Of a stretch of 64,000 nucleotides of DNA, positions 39,967 through 51,678 are shown piece after piece (the first letter of the stretch is position 1; every line of letters starts with the position of its first letter). The DNA lies in assembly GCA_965198065.1 (NCBI GenBank), contig CBDAON010000003.1, positions 63,984 through 127,983 on the forward strand, written 5' to 3'. The notes below the pieces were generated by a model, which searched no databases, had not been told where the DNA came from, and was given only the letters and a program-made list of their open reading frames with translations. The stretch is from Longimicrobiales bacterium (GTDB lineage Bacteria > Gemmatimonadota > Gemmatimonadetes > Longimicrobiales > Gaopeijiaceae). The position numbers and the translations under genes are program-made.

Positions 39967-41024
39967 TCCTGACGAGCTGGGCTCCTCTCGTGGTCGGCGT
40001 CGCCGTGGCCGTTCTCCTGGCCCTCGGCCAGAGGAGCCGCACTCGCAGACGCCGTCTTCTCGGCGACTCTCTCGGAGGTCGGAGGGCCGGACACCGTATC
40101 TCCGGCTCGAGCCTGTACCGGTTTCCGCTCGAGCGATCCGCCGTGATCACGATCGCGGCTCTGATCATCGGCGTCGCCGCGTCCGAGCCGCTCCTTCCCG
40201 GCGTGGAGTCCCAGACCCCGCCGCCGCCGATCGTGCGAAGCGTCATCCTGGCGCTCGACGTGTCGGCGTCGATGCAGGCCACGGATGCGGATCCGACACG
40301 GCTCGGGCAGGCCGTCCGCATCGCGAACGCGCTCGTCCAAACACTCGAGGAGGATCGCATCGGCCTGACCCTCTTCGCCGGCGAGGCCTATCCTCTAGCT
40401 CCCCCGACCCGCGACCATGCCGCGCTCCGATACCTCCTCGGCGGGGTGACACCTACCGTCGCGAGCGCGCACGATCCGGGGAGCCTCCTCTCGGTGGGGG
40501 TGGGAGACGCCGCCCGCCTCCTGACCGCACCGGGTGAGCCCGAGGGTGAGCGAACGATCGTCGTGATCGGCGATGGCGAGGCCGGAGAGATCGACTCGGC
40601 CGTCATCGATGCGGTAGCCGAGGCAGCGGCCCAGGGGATCACGATCCACGCGATCGGCGTCGGCACCCCAGACGGCGCCGGGTTCGTCATGCCTGAGGCC
40701 CCGTATCAGCTCGGTGGCCGCGTGGTGGACGGGCGCGGCGCGCCGGTGGTCTCGCGACTTCGAGAGACCACGCTCTCCCGCCTCGCTGCCGCGGGCGGGG
40801 GGCGGAACCTGAATGCGAGCGACGAGACGGCGGTCCAGGAGTTCCTGGCCAGCCTGGAAGCCCAGCCCTCGGACGTGGCGGGAGCCGAGCCGGATGCGCT
40901 CTGGGAGCGCTATGAGCCGACCGTATGGCTTATCGTCGGAAGTCTGCTCCTGCTCTTCGTGGACAGCCTGGTGGACGTCAGGCTGCCGAAGCCCCGGCCC
41001 GCGCTCGCTCAGGGCGAAGGGTGA
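39963..41024 (+). CDS. batB: vWA domain protein, BatB-like
   Basis: ALDVSASM..PTRL, DRIGLTLFAG, PPTRD, GDGE, IGVGT. Confidence 0.82.
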   Translation: MILTSWAPLVVGVAVAVLLALGQRSRTRRRRLLGDSLGGRRAGHRISGSSLYRFPLERSAVITIAALIIGVAASEPLLPGVESQTPPPPIVRSVILALDVSASMQATDADPTRLGQAVRIANALVQTLEEDRIGLTLFAGEAYPLAPPTRDHAALRYLLGGVTPTVASAHDPGSLLSVGVGDAARLLTAPGEPEGERTIVVIGDGEAGEIDSAVIDAVAEAAAQGITIHAIGVGTPDGAGFVMPEAPYQLGGRVVDGRGAPVVSRLRETTLSRLAAAGGGRNLNASDETAVQEFLASLEAQPSDVAGAEPDALWERYEPTVWLIVGSLLLLFVDSLVDVRLPKPRPALAQGEG

Positions 41025-41887
41025 GATCCGTCGGACGTGGGGTCGGGGACGCCGCGGGGGGCGAGGGGCTCGGCGGTCGGACCGCCGTTCGCGCGACCAT
41101 CGCGGGCTTCGTGACGGCCGCGCTGCTCGGGAGCGCGCTCCTCTGGCGGGACCATACCACGCTCCAGCACGCGAACCACCTCTACCGCTCGGGGGACACG
41201 GTCCAGGCCATCGAGGTCTATCGTGACCGTGCGCTCGCCGGCATCCCCCGAGAGATCGCCGCCTACAATCTGGGAACGGCGCTCGTGACCGTCGATCCGA
41301 CCGAGGCCGGAACGCACCTGCGAGGGGCCATCACGGGCGGAGACACCGCTGTTGTCCGCCGCGGCCTCTACAACCTGGGATACGGCCTGATCGCCAGCGT
41401 GCGCGAGCAGCTGCCCGCCGACTCCGCCATCACCCTCCTGGCCGAGGCCGTGCGGAGCAATCGGCTTGCCCTTCGCCTGGACGTGAGCGACGAGGACGCG
41501 CGCTGGAACCTCGCCCTCTCCCAGCGTCTCCTGGACTCCGTCTCGAACACGGGGCGGTACTCCGAGCAGCAGGCGGGCGCCGGCACGGACGAGACGCTCT
41601 TGGACCTTATCGCGATCGCTCGCTCGCCCTTGGGGGAGGGGGTTTCCGGGCTCGAGCCCGAGGGGGCCCGATCCTCCGAGAGCATCGGCCAGAGAACGGG
41701 CGCTACGGCGGGGGCGCGCGAGGCGTGGGCTTCGCAGGACCCGGGGCCGGTGAGCGACACCGACGCCCTCCAGCTGGTGGACGCGATCTACGACGGGCCC
41801 GAGCTGCTCGTCCGCGGCATCCTCTGGTCGAACCGACCCGACGTGGCATGGTGGGCGAGCCAGCCGTACCCAGGGGGGAACTGGTAG
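41021..41887 (+). CDS. TPR protein, BatC-like
   Basis: ANHLYRSG, AYNLGTAL, LYNLG, DARWNLAL. Confidence 0.7.
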   Translation: MRSVGRGVGDAAGGEGLGGRTAVRATIAGFVTAALLGSALLWRDHTTLQHANHLYRSGDTVQAIEVYRDRALAGIPREIAAYNLGTALVTVDPTEAGTHLRGAITGGDTAVVRRGLYNLGYGLIASVREQLPADSAITLLAEAVRSNRLALRLDVSDEDARWNLALSQRLLDSVSNTGRYSEQQAGAGTDETLLDLIAIARSPLGEGVSGLEPEGARSSESIGQRTGATAGAREAWASQDPGPVSDTDALQLVDAIYDGPELLVRGILWSNRPDVAWWASQPYPGGNW

Positions 41888-41928
41888 CCGCAGGCGCGGC
41901 GACCGTGAAGCCGAGCCGCGGAGCGGAC

Positions 41929-42246
41929 ATGGAGCTCCAGGAAGCCCAGCGACGCGTTGACGAGTGGATCTCCCAGTTCGAGGAGGGTTACTGGCCGCCG
42001 CTCGTGAACCTGGCCCGCCTGGTGGAGGAGGTGGGCGAGCTGTCGCGAGAGCTGAACCACCGCTACGGCGCGAAGACGAAGAGGGCCGAGGAGCCGGATC
42101 GGGATCTGTCGCTCGAGATGGCGGACGTCTTCTTCGTCCTCCTCGCGCTCGCGAACGAGCAGGGAGTGGACCTGGACCAGGCGTTCCTCAGGGTCCTGGA
42201 GAAGTACAGGGTCCGGGACGGGGGTCGTTGGACGAGGAAGGGATGA
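41929..42246 (+). CDS. MazG-like nucleotide pyrophosphohydrolase (YpjD type)
   Basis: [28 protein letters not shown]. Confidence 0.9.
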   Translation: MELQEAQRRVDEWISQFEEGYWPPLVNLARLVEEVGELSRELNHRYGAKTKRAEEPDRDLSLEMADVFFVLLALANEQGVDLDQAFLRVLEKYRVRDGGRWTRKG

Positions 42247-42953
42247 ACGGCGCGGTCGTCCTAGAGGGACGACAGCTCACCCGGATCTACCGCATGGGCG
42301 AGGTGGACGTTCACGCGCTCCGGGGCGTCGACTTCCAGCTGCTCGAGGGTGAGTTCCTCGCCCTGGTCGGGGCCTCCGGATCCGGAAAATCGACGTTGCT
42401 GAACATCCTGGGAGGCCTGGACCGCCCGACATCGGGCACCGTGGCGTTCCGGGGGCACGACCTCACCCGCGCGTCCGATCGCGAACTCACCGAGTACCGA
42501 CGCCGGCACGTCGGGTTCGTCTTCCAGTTCTACAACCTCATGCCCTCGCTCACGACTCAGGAGAACGTGGATCTCGTCACCGAGATCGCGGACGACCCGA
42601 TGCGTGCGGCGGACGCGCTGGCCCTCGTGGGGCTGGAGGAGCGCCGGAACCACTTTCCGTCGCAGCTCTCGGGAGGAGAGCAGCAGAGGGTTGCGGTGGC
42701 CCGAGCGGTGGCCAAACGGCCGCAGCTGTTGCTCTGTGACGAGCCTACGGGCGCGCTGGACTTCCGATCCGGGATCCTGGTGCTCGAAGCGATCGAGCGC
42801 GTGAATCGCGAGCTCGGCACGGCCACGGCGGTGATCACGCACAACGTTCCCATCGCCGAGATGGCCACGCGGATCGTGACGCTCCACGACGGGCGAGTCC
42901 AGGAGGAACGCCTGAGCGAGCACCCTCGGCCCGCCGCGGAGATCCGATGGTAG
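42243..42953 (+). CDS. ABC transporter ATP-binding protein (LolD/MacB type)
   Basis: [23 protein letters not shown]. Confidence 0.93.
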   Translation: MNGAVVLEGRQLTRIYRMGEVDVHALRGVDFQLLEGEFLALVGASGSGKSTLLNILGGLDRPTSGTVAFRGHDLTRASDRELTEYRRRHVGFVFQFYNLMPSLTTQENVDLVTEIADDPMRAADALALVGLEERRNHFPSQLSGGEQQRVAVARAVAKRPQLLLCDEPTGALDFRSGILVLEAIERVNRELGTATAVITHNVPIAEMATRIVTLHDGRVQEERLSEHPRPAAEIRW

Positions 42954-45454
42954 AGGGCCGTTCGCTCCGGGTCGGACGTCCCTCGCCGACGGCACTGCTC
43001 GAGCGTGCTCTCGATGCGCTCCTCTCACAGCTGTCGGCGCTGGATCGAAAGCTGGTCCGCGACTTGAAGGGGATGCTCGGCCAGGGCGTCACGATCTCTC
43101 TCGTGGTGGCCGCGGGCATCGCCGGTTTCCTCACCCTCCGCTCCACCTACGGATCCCTGATCCGGTCCCGGGATGCCTACTACACGCAGTACCGTTTCGG
43201 TGATGCGTTCGTCGGGCTCGACCGCGCCCCCGAATCGCTCGGCGCCCGTCTCGAGCGTGTCCCCGGGGTGTCCATCGCCTACACACGCGTGGTGGAGCCG
43301 ATACGGATCGACCCGCGCTCGCTCCCCGGGTCTCCGTCGGCGCGGACCGGAACCGTGGAATCGGGGGCCGGCCAGCAGGCCGTGCAGCCGCCGGTGGGCG
43401 TCGTGGTCTCGCTTCCCCCTGACGGGGTTCCGCCCCTGAACGGGGTTCTTCTTCGCGAGGGAGCCCTGCCGGGAAGGCAGAGGCAAGATGAGGCCCTCCT
43501 GCTCGACGCGTTCGCGGCGGGGTGGGGCGTCGCGCCGGGCGATACGGTCGGCGTCGTTGTGAACGGCGCGCTCCGCCGGATCCGCATCACAGGGCTCGCG
43601 GCATCGCCCGAGTTCGTGTACCCGATCCCGGCGGGTGGCTCGGTCATTCCGGACGAAACGCGATTCGCCGTGCTCTGGATGGATCGGGCGGGCTTGGCCC
43701 CCATCCTCGGCATGGAGGGAGCCTTCAACGACGTCGTGCTCCGATTACAGCGGGGTGCCTCGGAGCTCGCGCTCCTGTCCGACGTGGACCGGGTCCTCGA
43801 TCCGTACGGCGGGAGGGGAGCCGTGGCTCGGTCGGGGCAGGCGTCTCACGCGATCCTCGAGGGAGAGCTGTCGCAGCTCCGGCAGTTCGGAAACGTCGTT
43901 CCCATCATCTTCCTCGGGGTCGCGGCCTTCCTCCTGAACGTCGTTCTCACGCGGCTCCTGAACCTCCAGCGCACCCAGGTGGCGAGCCTGAAGGCCCTCG
44001 GATACCGGAACCGGGAGGTCGGCCTCCACTACCTGAAGATGATCTCCGGCGTCGTCCTCGTGGGGAGCGGGCTCGGCGTGGCGCTCGGCTGGTGGCTCGG
44101 CTCGGCCATGACTGACCTCTACGGGTCGTTCTTCGGCTTTCCCGTCCTCGAGTTCCGGATCGGGTGGGGGCCGCCGCTCGTGGGAGCGGGCAGCGCGCTC
44201 GCGGCGGGCGGGATCGGAGCCTTCGGCGCCCTCCGGAGGATCCTTCGGCTGTCGCCAGCCGAGGCGATGAGCCCGGAGCCTCCGGCCCGCTACCACCCCT
44301 CCCTGCCCGAGCGGCTGGGCCTGGGAGCGCTCGTGGGGCCCCCGGGTCGCATGGTGCTCCGCGAGGTGGGTCGGCGCCCCGTCCGCACGGCCCTCTCGGC
44401 CATCGGCATCGCGATGGCCGTCGGGATCCTCATCGTGAGTCGCTTCACGTCCGACGCGCTCGAGTTCCTGGTCGACCACCAGTTCTACCAGGCGTGGAGG
44501 GAGGACGTTACGGTCACCTTCTCGGGCCCGGTGCCCGAGCGGGCGGTGCGGGAGCTCCTGTCCGTTCCCGATGTGGAGCGCGCGGAAGGGCTTAGGCTCA
44601 CACCGGTGCGCATGCACGCCGGCCACCTTTGGCGCGACGTCGCCCTCCACGGCTACCCCGACGACGTGTCGCTTCGCCGGCTCGTCGATGCACGGGGGGA
44701 AGTGCTCCCAATGCCGGCCGCGGGCGTCGCCATCACGGGGAAGCTCGGGGAGGTGCTCGGTGTGGGCATCGGCGACACGGTCCAGGTCACGCTTCGGGAG
44801 GCCGGAAACCGGCAGTCCTCTCTGGTCGTCACGGGCCTCGTGGACGAGATGTTCGGTCTCCTGGGTCACATGCGCCTGGCGGACCTGAACGCGCTTCTGG
44901 GCGAGGGACCCACCGTCAGCCAGGCGCTCCTCATGACCGATCCCACGCGCTTCGCCGACCTCGAGGCGAGGCTCACGGGCGTTCCCGCGATCACCGACAT
45001 CGGGAGCCGTGCCGCCCTCCTCCAGGGGTTCCGGGAACAAAGCGCACGGTACCTCACAGTCATGGTGCTCATCATGACCGCGTTCGCCTCGGTGATAGCG
45101 GGCGGAGTCGTGTACAACAACGCGCGGGTGGCGGTAGCGGAGAGGGAGCGCGACCTCGCGTCGCTCAGGGTGCTCGGCTTCACCCGTCGAGAGATCTCGA
45201 CCGTCCTTCTGGGAGAGATGGCTATCCAGGTGCTGCTCGCGATTCCCGTCGGCATGTGGGTCGGGTACCAGTTGTGCGTGGGGATCGCCGCCGGGGTGGA
45301 CCCCGAGCAGTATCGTCTCCCGGTCGTGCTTACGGGCGAGACGTACGGCTTCGCGATCGCGGTCGTGCTCCTCGCCGCCACGGGGAGCTCCCTTCTCGTG
45401 AGACGGAGGCTGGACCGTCTCGACCTGATCGGGGTGCTCAAGACGAGAGAATGA
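42947..45454 (+). CDS. ABC transporter permease (duplicated FtsX/MacB type)
   Basis: LKALGY and LRVLGF FtsX motifs, two large periplasmic domains. Confidence 0.9.
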   Translation: MVEGRSLRVGRPSPTALLERALDALLSQLSALDRKLVRDLKGMLGQGVTISLVVAAGIAGFLTLRSTYGSLIRSRDAYYTQYRFGDAFVGLDRAPESLGARLERVPGVSIAYTRVVEPIRIDPRSLPGSPSARTGTVESGAGQQAVQPPVGVVVSLPPDGVPPLNGVLLREGALPGRQRQDEALLLDAFAAGWGVAPGDTVGVVVNGALRRIRITGLAASPEFVYPIPAGGSVIPDETRFAVLWMDRAGLAPILGMEGAFNDVVLRLQRGASELALLSDVDRVLDPYGGRGAVARSGQASHAILEGELSQLRQFGNVVPIIFLGVAAFLLNVVLTRLLNLQRTQVASLKALGYRNREVGLHYLKMISGVVLVGSGLGVALGWWLGSAMTDLYGSFFGFPVLEFRIGWGPPLVGAGSALAAGGIGAFGALRRILRLSPAEAMSPEPPARYHPSLPERLGLGALVGPPGRMVLREVGRRPVRTALSAIGIAMAVGILIVSRFTSDALEFLVDHQFYQAWREDVTVTFSGPVPERAVRELLSVPDVERAEGLRLTPVRMHAGHLWRDVALHGYPDDVSLRRLVDARGEVLPMPAAGVAITGKLGEVLGVGIGDTVQVTLREAGNRQSSLVVTGLVDEMFGLLGHMRLADLNALLGEGPTVSQALLMTDPTRFADLEARLTGVPAITDIGSRAALLQGFREQSARYLTVMVLIMTAFASVIAGGVVYNNARVAVAERERDLASLRVLGFTRREISTVLLGEMAIQVLLAIPVGMWVGYQLCVGIAAGVDPEQYRLPVVLTGETYGFAIAVVLLAATGSSLLVRRRLDRLDLIGVLKTRE

Positions 45455-46674
45455 TGGACGACAGGAACGACGTGAAGACGCGGTGGGAGGCCCCTCGCTG
45501 GCTCCGGAGAGCGCTCCTGGTGGCCGTGGGAGGAGGGGTGCTCGCCGCCCTCGTGCTCGCGCTCGTCCCCGAGCCGCTGCCCGTCGAGGTCGTCACGCTG
45601 GATCGGGGTGGGGTGGAGGTTACCGTGGAAGAGGACGGGCGCACCCACGTGCGGGACCGCTACATCGTCACCGCTCCAGTCACCGGGGCACTTCTGCGTG
45701 TTGAGCTCCGCCCGGGGGACGAGGTGGCGGAGGGGCAGGTGCTGGCGGCGATCGGCGGGCCCGAGCCCGGGATCCCGGACGCCCGGACGACCGAGCAGCT
45801 TCGGTTCCGGGTGGACGCGGCCGAAGCAGCGGTCGAGAGGGCCCGCGCCCTCGCCCAGGCCGCGGAAGCCGGAGTGGTCGACGCCCGGGAGCAGGTGCGC
45901 CGGCTGGAGGTGCTCGCGCCGGTTGGAGGCGGAAGCGCGTCCGCGCTCGAGAGGGCCCGGGCCCTGGTGCGCGCCCGGGAAGCCGAGCTCCGCTCCGCCA
46001 CCTTCGGGATCCAGGTAGCTGAGAGCGAAGCCGCGGACCTAAGGGCGGCGCTCGAGAGACCCTTGAGCACCGCCAGGTCCGGGCTCGAGCTGCGCTCCCC
46101 GGCCGAGGGCGTCGTCCTCCGGGTGTATCGGGAAAGCGCCGGCGCCGTCGTCCCGGGAGAGCCGCTCCTCGAGGTGGGCGACCCCTCCGGTCTCGATGTC
46201 GTGGTGGACGTCCTCTCTTCGGATGCCGTGCGGATCCGCGCCGGCGCCGAAGCCTGGATCACCGGCTGGGGTGGGGAGGAAGAGCTCAAGGCTCGCGTGC
46301 GCATGGTCGAGCCCGCGGGGTTCACTCGGGTTTCTGCTCTGGGAATCGAGGAGCAGAGAGTGAACGTCGTGCTGGATCCCGACGACGCCAGCCCCGGTTG
46401 GGCGCGCCTTGGCGACGGGTTCCGGGTGGAGGCTCGAATCCTGGTGGACCGGGTCGAGGACGCGCTCCGGGTACCGACCGGAGCGCTCTTCCGGCGTGGG
46501 GACGGCTGGGCGGTGTTCCGGGTGGACGGGGGTCGAGCGGCAGAGGCCCCGATCGCGCTGGGACGAAGAAGCCAAGCTCTGGCGGAGGTCCTCTCCGGGG
46601 TCCAGGCAGGAGATCGAGTGATCGTCTATCCGAGCGACCGAGTCGTCGACGGGGTGCGGGTGAGCGAGCGGTGA
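45451..46674 (+). CDS. HlyD/RND periplasmic adaptor
   Basis: N-terminal TM, APVTG, LRSPAEGVV, KARVRMVEP..SALGIEEQRV. Confidence 0.9.
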   Translation: MMDDRNDVKTRWEAPRWLRRALLVAVGGGVLAALVLALVPEPLPVEVVTLDRGGVEVTVEEDGRTHVRDRYIVTAPVTGALLRVELRPGDEVAEGQVLAAIGGPEPGIPDARTTEQLRFRVDAAEAAVERARALAQAAEAGVVDAREQVRRLEVLAPVGGGSASALERARALVRAREAELRSATFGIQVAESEAADLRAALERPLSTARSGLELRSPAEGVVLRVYRESAGAVVPGEPLLEVGDPSGLDVVVDVLSSDAVRIRAGAEAWITGWGGEEELKARVRMVEPAGFTRVSALGIEEQRVNVVLDPDDASPGWARLGDGFRVEARILVDRVEDALRVPTGALFRRGDGWAVFRVDGGRAAEAPIALGRRSQALAEVLSGVQAGDRVIVYPSDRVVDGVRVSER

Positions 46675-47870
46675 CGACGGTCGGGTGGCTGCTCGTGGCG
46701 CTCCTCCCGTGGATCGCCGTCGGGGTCGTGGTGATGTTCGGGATTCGGGATCCGAGGCCGCTTCCCGAGAATCCGGACCTGGAGCCCGCGGACGGAGACA
46801 CCACCGCCCCGACTGTCACCGTGGTCGTTCCGGCCCGAAACGAGGCCCGGAACATTCAGGGGTGCCTGACCTCCCTGAGCGCGCAGGAGTACCTCTCGTT
46901 CTCGGTCGTCGTGGTGGACGACCGATCCACGGACGAAACGGGGGCGCTGGCGAGGGCGGTCCCACCCGAGCACGCTGGGATGATCCGGGTGATGGATGGC
47001 GAGCCCCTTCCGAACGGGTGGTTCGGAAAGCCCTGGGCCTGCTTTCAGGGGGCGCGAGACGCGACCACCGAGCTACTGCTCTTCACGGACGCGGACACCC
47101 GTCATCACGCGTCGCTCCTGCGGCGCAGCGTCCGGGCCCTCAGGGACGACGAGGCCGATGCCCTCTCGCTCATCGGCCGCCAGGAGCTCCGCACGTTTTG
47201 GGAGCGGCTCCTCCAGCCGCAGGTCTTTGCCCTCCTCGGCCTCCGCTTCCGGCGAATGGACCGCCCGCTCGGCCGCGAGAACTCGAGGGACGCGATCGCG
47301 AATGGACAGTACCTGTTGGTCCGTCGTGAAGCGTACGTGGCGGTCGCCGGTCACTCCGCGGTGGCAAGCGAGGTCGTGGAGGACCTGCGACTGGCCCAGA
47401 TTCTGACCGCCTCGGGCTTTCGCCTCACGCTCCGCGACGCGACGGAATTCCTCTCCACCCGCATGTACGAATCCCTCGCAGAGATCGTCGAGGGCTGGAC
47501 CAAGAACCTGGCGGTCGGAGCTCGCCAGGCGGCGGGGTGGTGGAGCGTCCTGGCACTGCCGGCCATCGTCGGCTTCCTGGTGCTCCTTTGGATGGTGCCT
47601 CCCACCGTCCTTGCGAGCGCGGGCGCCCGTGCGCTGGCCCAGGTCGAAACAGCCCGGCCGCTCGTCGTCTGGTCTGGGGCAGCGACGCTCGCCGGGTTCG
47701 CTCTCTGGGCGCGACTCTACGCGCGCTTCGAGGTCCCCTTTGGCTACGCCCTACTGTTCCCGTTCGGATCCGCGGTGGCAGCCTTCATCGTGCTCAGGAG
47801 CTGGGTGAGGGGGGAGCGGCGCATCGAGTGGAAGGGCCGGAGGTATGTAAGTGGCAAGCGAATCGGGTGA
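46671..47870 (+). CDS. GT2 glycosyltransferase (CrtQ/HpnB-like)
   Basis: VPARNE, DDRSTD, GKPWAC, FTDAD, ANGQ, VVEDL. Confidence 0.88.
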   Translation: MTTVGWLLVALLPWIAVGVVVMFGIRDPRPLPENPDLEPADGDTTAPTVTVVVPARNEARNIQGCLTSLSAQEYLSFSVVVVDDRSTDETGALARAVPPEHAGMIRVMDGEPLPNGWFGKPWACFQGARDATTELLLFTDADTRHHASLLRRSVRALRDDEADALSLIGRQELRTFWERLLQPQVFALLGLRFRRMDRPLGRENSRDAIANGQYLLVRREAYVAVAGHSAVASEVVEDLRLAQILTASGFRLTLRDATEFLSTRMYESLAEIVEGWTKNLAVGARQAAGWWSVLALPAIVGFLVLLWMVPPTVLASAGARALAQVETARPLVVWSGAATLAGFALWARLYARFEVPFGYALLFPFGSAVAAFIVLRSWVRGERRIEWKGRRYVSGKRIG

Positions 47871-49068
47871 TCGATCGCGCATCCTGAAGGACATCGCGCT
47901 GGACGAGGGGTTCGAGCTGGCGGGGATCGCCTCCCCGTCGACGTCCCCACACGTGGGCTTCCTGGAGCGCTGGATCGCCGAGGGGCGGCACGGCGACATG
48001 GGCTATCTCGCGAGACCGGATTCCCTCGGGCGACGCGCCGATCTGCGGCTGACGCTACCGGAAGTCCGGGCCATCCTGTGCGTCGCGGAGCCCTATCACC
48101 GATCCGATCCGCCGGGTATTCCCGACGACCGGTCGCGGGGCGTGATCGCTCGGTACGCCAGGGGTCGCGATTACCATCGAGTCGTCGACCGGCGGCTCCG
48201 TCGCGTGCACCGGAGATTTCAAGAGCGGATCGGCGAGCCGGTGCCGGCCCGTGCCTACGTTGACACGGGTCCCATCCTCGAGCGCGAGCTCGCGCGACGG
48301 GCTGGGGTGGGATGGTTCGGGCGGAACACGATGCTGATCCACCCCCGGAAGGGCTCGTACTTCTTTCTGGGGATCCTACTCGTCGGGATGGACCTGGAGC
48401 CGGACGAGCCGTTCGAGAAGGATCACTGTGGAAGCTGCCGCGCCTGTCTGGATGCGTGCCCGACCGGCGCTCTTCTCGGACGCGACTGCGACGGTGCTCC
48501 GGTCATGGACGCCACCCGGTGCATCTCCTACGTCACGATCGAGACTCGCGGACCCGTCGCGCGGGAGCTTCGGCCCCTGATCGGCAATCGGATCTTCGGG
48601 TGCGACATCTGCCAAGAGGTGTGCCCCTTCAACGATCGCTTCGAGGAGGGCGCCGCGGATCCGGCCTACGCGGCCCGAGGGCCCGGGGAAGCTCCGGCGG
48701 GGGTCGAGCCCGCGCGCATGGGCGAAGAGTCGCCAGGGCATCCCGGAACCGACGGTCCCCCGCTCGTTGAGCTGATCGCGATGGATAGAGCGACGTGGGA
48801 TTCCTTCTCCCGCGGTTCCGCGATCCGGCGTGCCGGCTACGCCGGCTTCCTCCGGAACGTGGCCGTGGCGCTCGGAAACTGGGGAGTGGCCGAAGCCGTG
48901 CCCGCGCTCGCAGGCGCGCTGGATCATCCCGAGGCGCTCGTCCGCGGGCACGCGGCGTGGGCGCTGGGACAGATCGGATCCGGGAAGTCGCGGGTCGCCC
49001 TCGGTGCAGCGCTGACGCGCGAGGCCGACACGGCGGTACTTGCGGAGATCGAGGACGCGCTCGTGTGA
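47851..49068 (+). CDS. queG: epoxyqueuosine reductase
   Basis: YARGRDYH, VDTGPILER, CGSCRACLDACP, GCDICQEVCP, C-terminal HEAT repeats. Confidence 0.93.
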   Translation: MASESGDRSRILKDIALDEGFELAGIASPSTSPHVGFLERWIAEGRHGDMGYLARPDSLGRRADLRLTLPEVRAILCVAEPYHRSDPPGIPDDRSRGVIARYARGRDYHRVVDRRLRRVHRRFQERIGEPVPARAYVDTGPILERELARRAGVGWFGRNTMLIHPRKGSYFFLGILLVGMDLEPDEPFEKDHCGSCRACLDACPTGALLGRDCDGAPVMDATRCISYVTIETRGPVARELRPLIGNRIFGCDICQEVCPFNDRFEEGAADPAYAARGPGEAPAGVEPARMGEESPGHPGTDGPPLVELIAMDRATWDSFSRGSAIRRAGYAGFLRNVAVALGNWGVAEAVPALAGALDHPEALVRGHAAWALGQIGSGKSRVALGAALTREADTAVLAEIEDALV

Positions 49069-49177
49069 GCGCGTGATCCCCTGAACGCACATTGCCGTTT
49101 CGGCTTGGCAGCGCTGGACTCTTGCGCTCGGTCATCGGCCGGGAAACCTTGCCGACTGCCCCCAGTCGGAAAGCCGT

Positions 49178-49744
49178 ATGGTTCCACTGTTAGATCTGTG
49201 GCTGCCCATTCTGTTGTCCCCAGTAGCGGTCTTCATCTTGAGTTTCCTCGTATGGACGGCGCTTCCTCACCACAAGTCCGACTTCAAGAAGCTTCCGAAC
49301 GAAGACGGCGTGATCAGCGTTATGCGAGAACAGCCTCCCGAGCCTGGCGCTTACATGTTGCCGCGTGCCTGGACCCACGCGGAGGTGAAGAACGCTGAAA
49401 TCGCACAAAAACTCACGCAAGGTCCGGTCGGGTTCATCAACATTGTGCCGTCCGGCATCCCTACCCTGGGAAAGATGGGGAAGAAGTGGGTGCAACTCTT
49501 CGTCTTCTACCTAGTGATGTCCGTACTGGTGGCGTACGTGACCGGGACTGCGTTCGCCGCTGGGCACCCAGGCATGGACGTGTTTCGGCTCTCGGCGATG
49601 GTGGCGGCAATGGGACACGGCGCGGGAGTCGTCACGGCCGCCGTGTATTTCGGAACTCCGTGGAGCAATACGTGGAAACACGTGATGGACGCCGTGCTCT
49701 ACGGGGTCGCTACGGGCGCGATTTTCGCGGGGCTGTGGCCCTGA
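49178..49744 (+). CDS. hypothetical 4-TM membrane protein
   Basis: LWLPILLS..LPHHKSDFKKLPNE..; lower GC than its neighbours. Confidence 0.75.
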   Translation: MVPLLDLWLPILLSPVAVFILSFLVWTALPHHKSDFKKLPNEDGVISVMREQPPEPGAYMLPRAWTHAEVKNAEIAQKLTQGPVGFINIVPSGIPTLGKMGKKWVQLFVFYLVMSVLVAYVTGTAFAAGHPGMDVFRLSAMVAAMGHGAGVVTAAVYFGTPWSNTWKHVMDAVLYGVATGAIFAGLWP

Positions 49745-49990
49745 CCTAACGGGGAGCGCCCCCCGGCATCAAGCTCCCGCTCCCTGCTTGTGACATCCGA
49801 CAGCGCGGTGCACGACGACCGGAACGTGGCGGCGCATGAGTGGAGCGATTTTACCGGCGCCTTTGACCTCATGACCGACTGGAGGTGAGCGTGCGCAACA
49901 GGCTAGCGCCAAGGGTCTTGGACGCCTGTCCCACCGTCCGAGCCCGCATACGGTGGCGCCCCTGGATACCGATCGCGACGGCAGCGACGC

Positions 49991-51232
49991 CTAGGAGCCG
50001 TCTCCCCCCGTCTTCCGCAGGATCAGCTTGTGCGCCCTCAGCCGGAGCCCGTTCAGCCGGATGAAGCCCCGCGCGTCCTCCTGATCGTAGCCGCCGGCCA
50101 CGTCCATGGACGAGAGCTCCTGGTCGTAGAGCGCGCTCGTGGACGTCCTCCCCATCGGCACGACGTTCCCCTTGAAGAGCTCGAGCCTTACGGTCCCGTC
50201 GATGAGGTGCTCCGCCTGGCGAAACGCCGCTCGGATGAAGTCCATCTCGGGCGAGAACCAGAACCCGTTGTAGATGATCTCCGCGAAGCGCGGCGAAAGC
50301 ATGTCGCGAAGCCGCAGGACCTCGCGATCCATCGCGAGCCCCTCGAGATCCCGTAGAGCCTGGTGGAGGACCGTGCCCCCGGGGGTTTCGTACACGCCTC
50401 TCGACTTGATCCCCACGAAGCGGTTCTCGACCATGTCCACGCGGCCCACACCGTGCCTCCCCCCCAGCTCGTTCAGGTAGGTGAAGAGCGCCACGGGATC
50501 CGTGTGCTCGGTCCCGTCCTGGAGGTTCTCCACCCGGACCGGCATCGCGTCCTTGAACTCGATGGCTATCAGCGCCGGCTCGTTCGGAGCATCCTCGAGC
50601 GAGCGCGTAAGCTTGAATATGTCCTCCTGGGGCGCGGTGTCTGGGTCCTCCAGCATTCCCGCCTCGTACGAGCGATGCATAAGGTTCTCGTCGCTCGAGT
50701 ACGGCTTCTCAACCGTGGCCTCGACGGGAATCGCGTTCTCCCTCGCGAAGGCGAGCAGGTCCGAGCGGCCCTTGAATCGGGCCAGGAACTCGCGGTCCTT
50801 CCACGGCGCGATGACCTCGAGGCTCGGGGCCAGCGCCGCGTACGCGAGCTCGAAGCGCACCTGGTCGTTTCCCTTCCCCGTGGCGCCGTGGGCGACCGCC
50901 TGGGCCCCTTCCTCGAGCGCGACCTCCACCTGTCTCCGAGCGATGACCGGACGGGCCAGCGACGTGCCCAAGAGGTAGCGATTCTCGTAGATCGCGTTTC
51001 CCGCAATCGCTGGGAAGATGAACTCGGTGACGAATTCCCGATTCAGGTCCTCCACGTACACGCTGCTCGCCCCCGAGCGGCGGGCCCGGTCGGCGACGTC
51101 CTCGAAGTCCTCTTGCTGCCCCACGTCCGCGACGAAAGCGATGACGTCGTAACCGCGCTGGATCAGCACCTTCAGAATGCATGCCGTGTCGAGGCCTCCG
51201 CTGTACGCGAGGACCACCTTCTTCTTCCCCAA
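49991..51232 (-). CDS. argG: argininosuccinate synthase
   Basis: [41 protein letters not shown]. Confidence 0.97.
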   Translation of the reverse strand: MGKKKVVLAYSGGLDTACILKVLIQRGYDVIAFVADVGQQEDFEDVADRARRSGASSVYVEDLNREFVTEFIFPAIAGNAIYENRYLLGTSLARPVIARRQVEVALEEGAQAVAHGATGKGNDQVRFELAYAALAPSLEVIAPWKDREFLARFKGRSDLLAFARENAIPVEATVEKPYSSDENLMHRSYEAGMLEDPDTAPQEDIFKLTRSLEDAPNEPALIAIEFKDAMPVRVENLQDGTEHTDPVALFTYLNELGGRHGVGRVDMVENRFVGIKSRGVYETPGGTVLHQALRDLEGLAMDREVLRLRDMLSPRFAEIIYNGFWFSPEMDFIRAAFRQAEHLIDGTVRLELFKGNVVPMGRTSTSALYDQELSSMDVAGGYDQEDARGFIRLNGLRLRAHKLILRKTGGDGS

Positions 51233-51480
51233 CTCGACCTCCGAATGGAATGTGGAGCGGGGGTGCGCGGGACCGCGCCCCCCCGGGACTCGATCGAGTC
51301 AGCTAACGTACAGAATCGTTTGACGCGTCGCACGGCGGCCGGGTATACGTGCCCGATCCCCGCCCCGCGCGCCTTCGTTCCGGAGCGACACATGGCCACC
51401 CCGCGCCTCCCGCACGACGCTCTCACCCGTCTCGTGCCGCGCCAGACTGAATCCGGTGCACGGTCTCCACGTCGTGGGAC

Positions 51481-51640
51481 GCCAGCGTTTTCATCCCGCT
51501 CACGTTCGTGGTCAGGGGCTACGGCATGAACTTCGAGAACATGCCCGAACTGGGCTGGACGTGGGGGTACCCGGGCGTGCTGCTCTTCATGGCCGTGGTC
51601 ACGCCTGGCATGCTTTGGTACTTCCGGCGCAAGCACAGAG
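51481..51640 (+). pseudogene. corA: C-terminal TM remnant of a CorA Mg2+ channel
   Basis: ASVFIPLTFVVRGYGMNFENMPELGWTWGY...WYFRRK; upstream in-frame TGA at 51448 and no cytoplasmic domain. Confidence 0.75.
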
Positions 51641-51678
51641 TTGCCGGCGTGGCGTCCGGGGGCCGAGGTTCTTCGCCT

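Noticed and set aside
41929..42246. MazG-like gene as an anti-phage defence component
   Set aside because: Typical short YpjD-type housekeeping enzyme in a core operon with no defence neighbours
29828..49068. queE and queG as part of a 7-deazaguanine DNA-modification (dpd) island
   Set aside because: They are far apart among housekeeping genes with no dpdA/tgt paralog; consistent with ordinary tRNA queuosine synthesis
49090..49177. Hairpins (CCGACTG-cccc-CAGTCGG) before the membrane protein gene as a riboswitch
   Set aside because: No recognisable aptamer consensus; would need an Rfam covariance search
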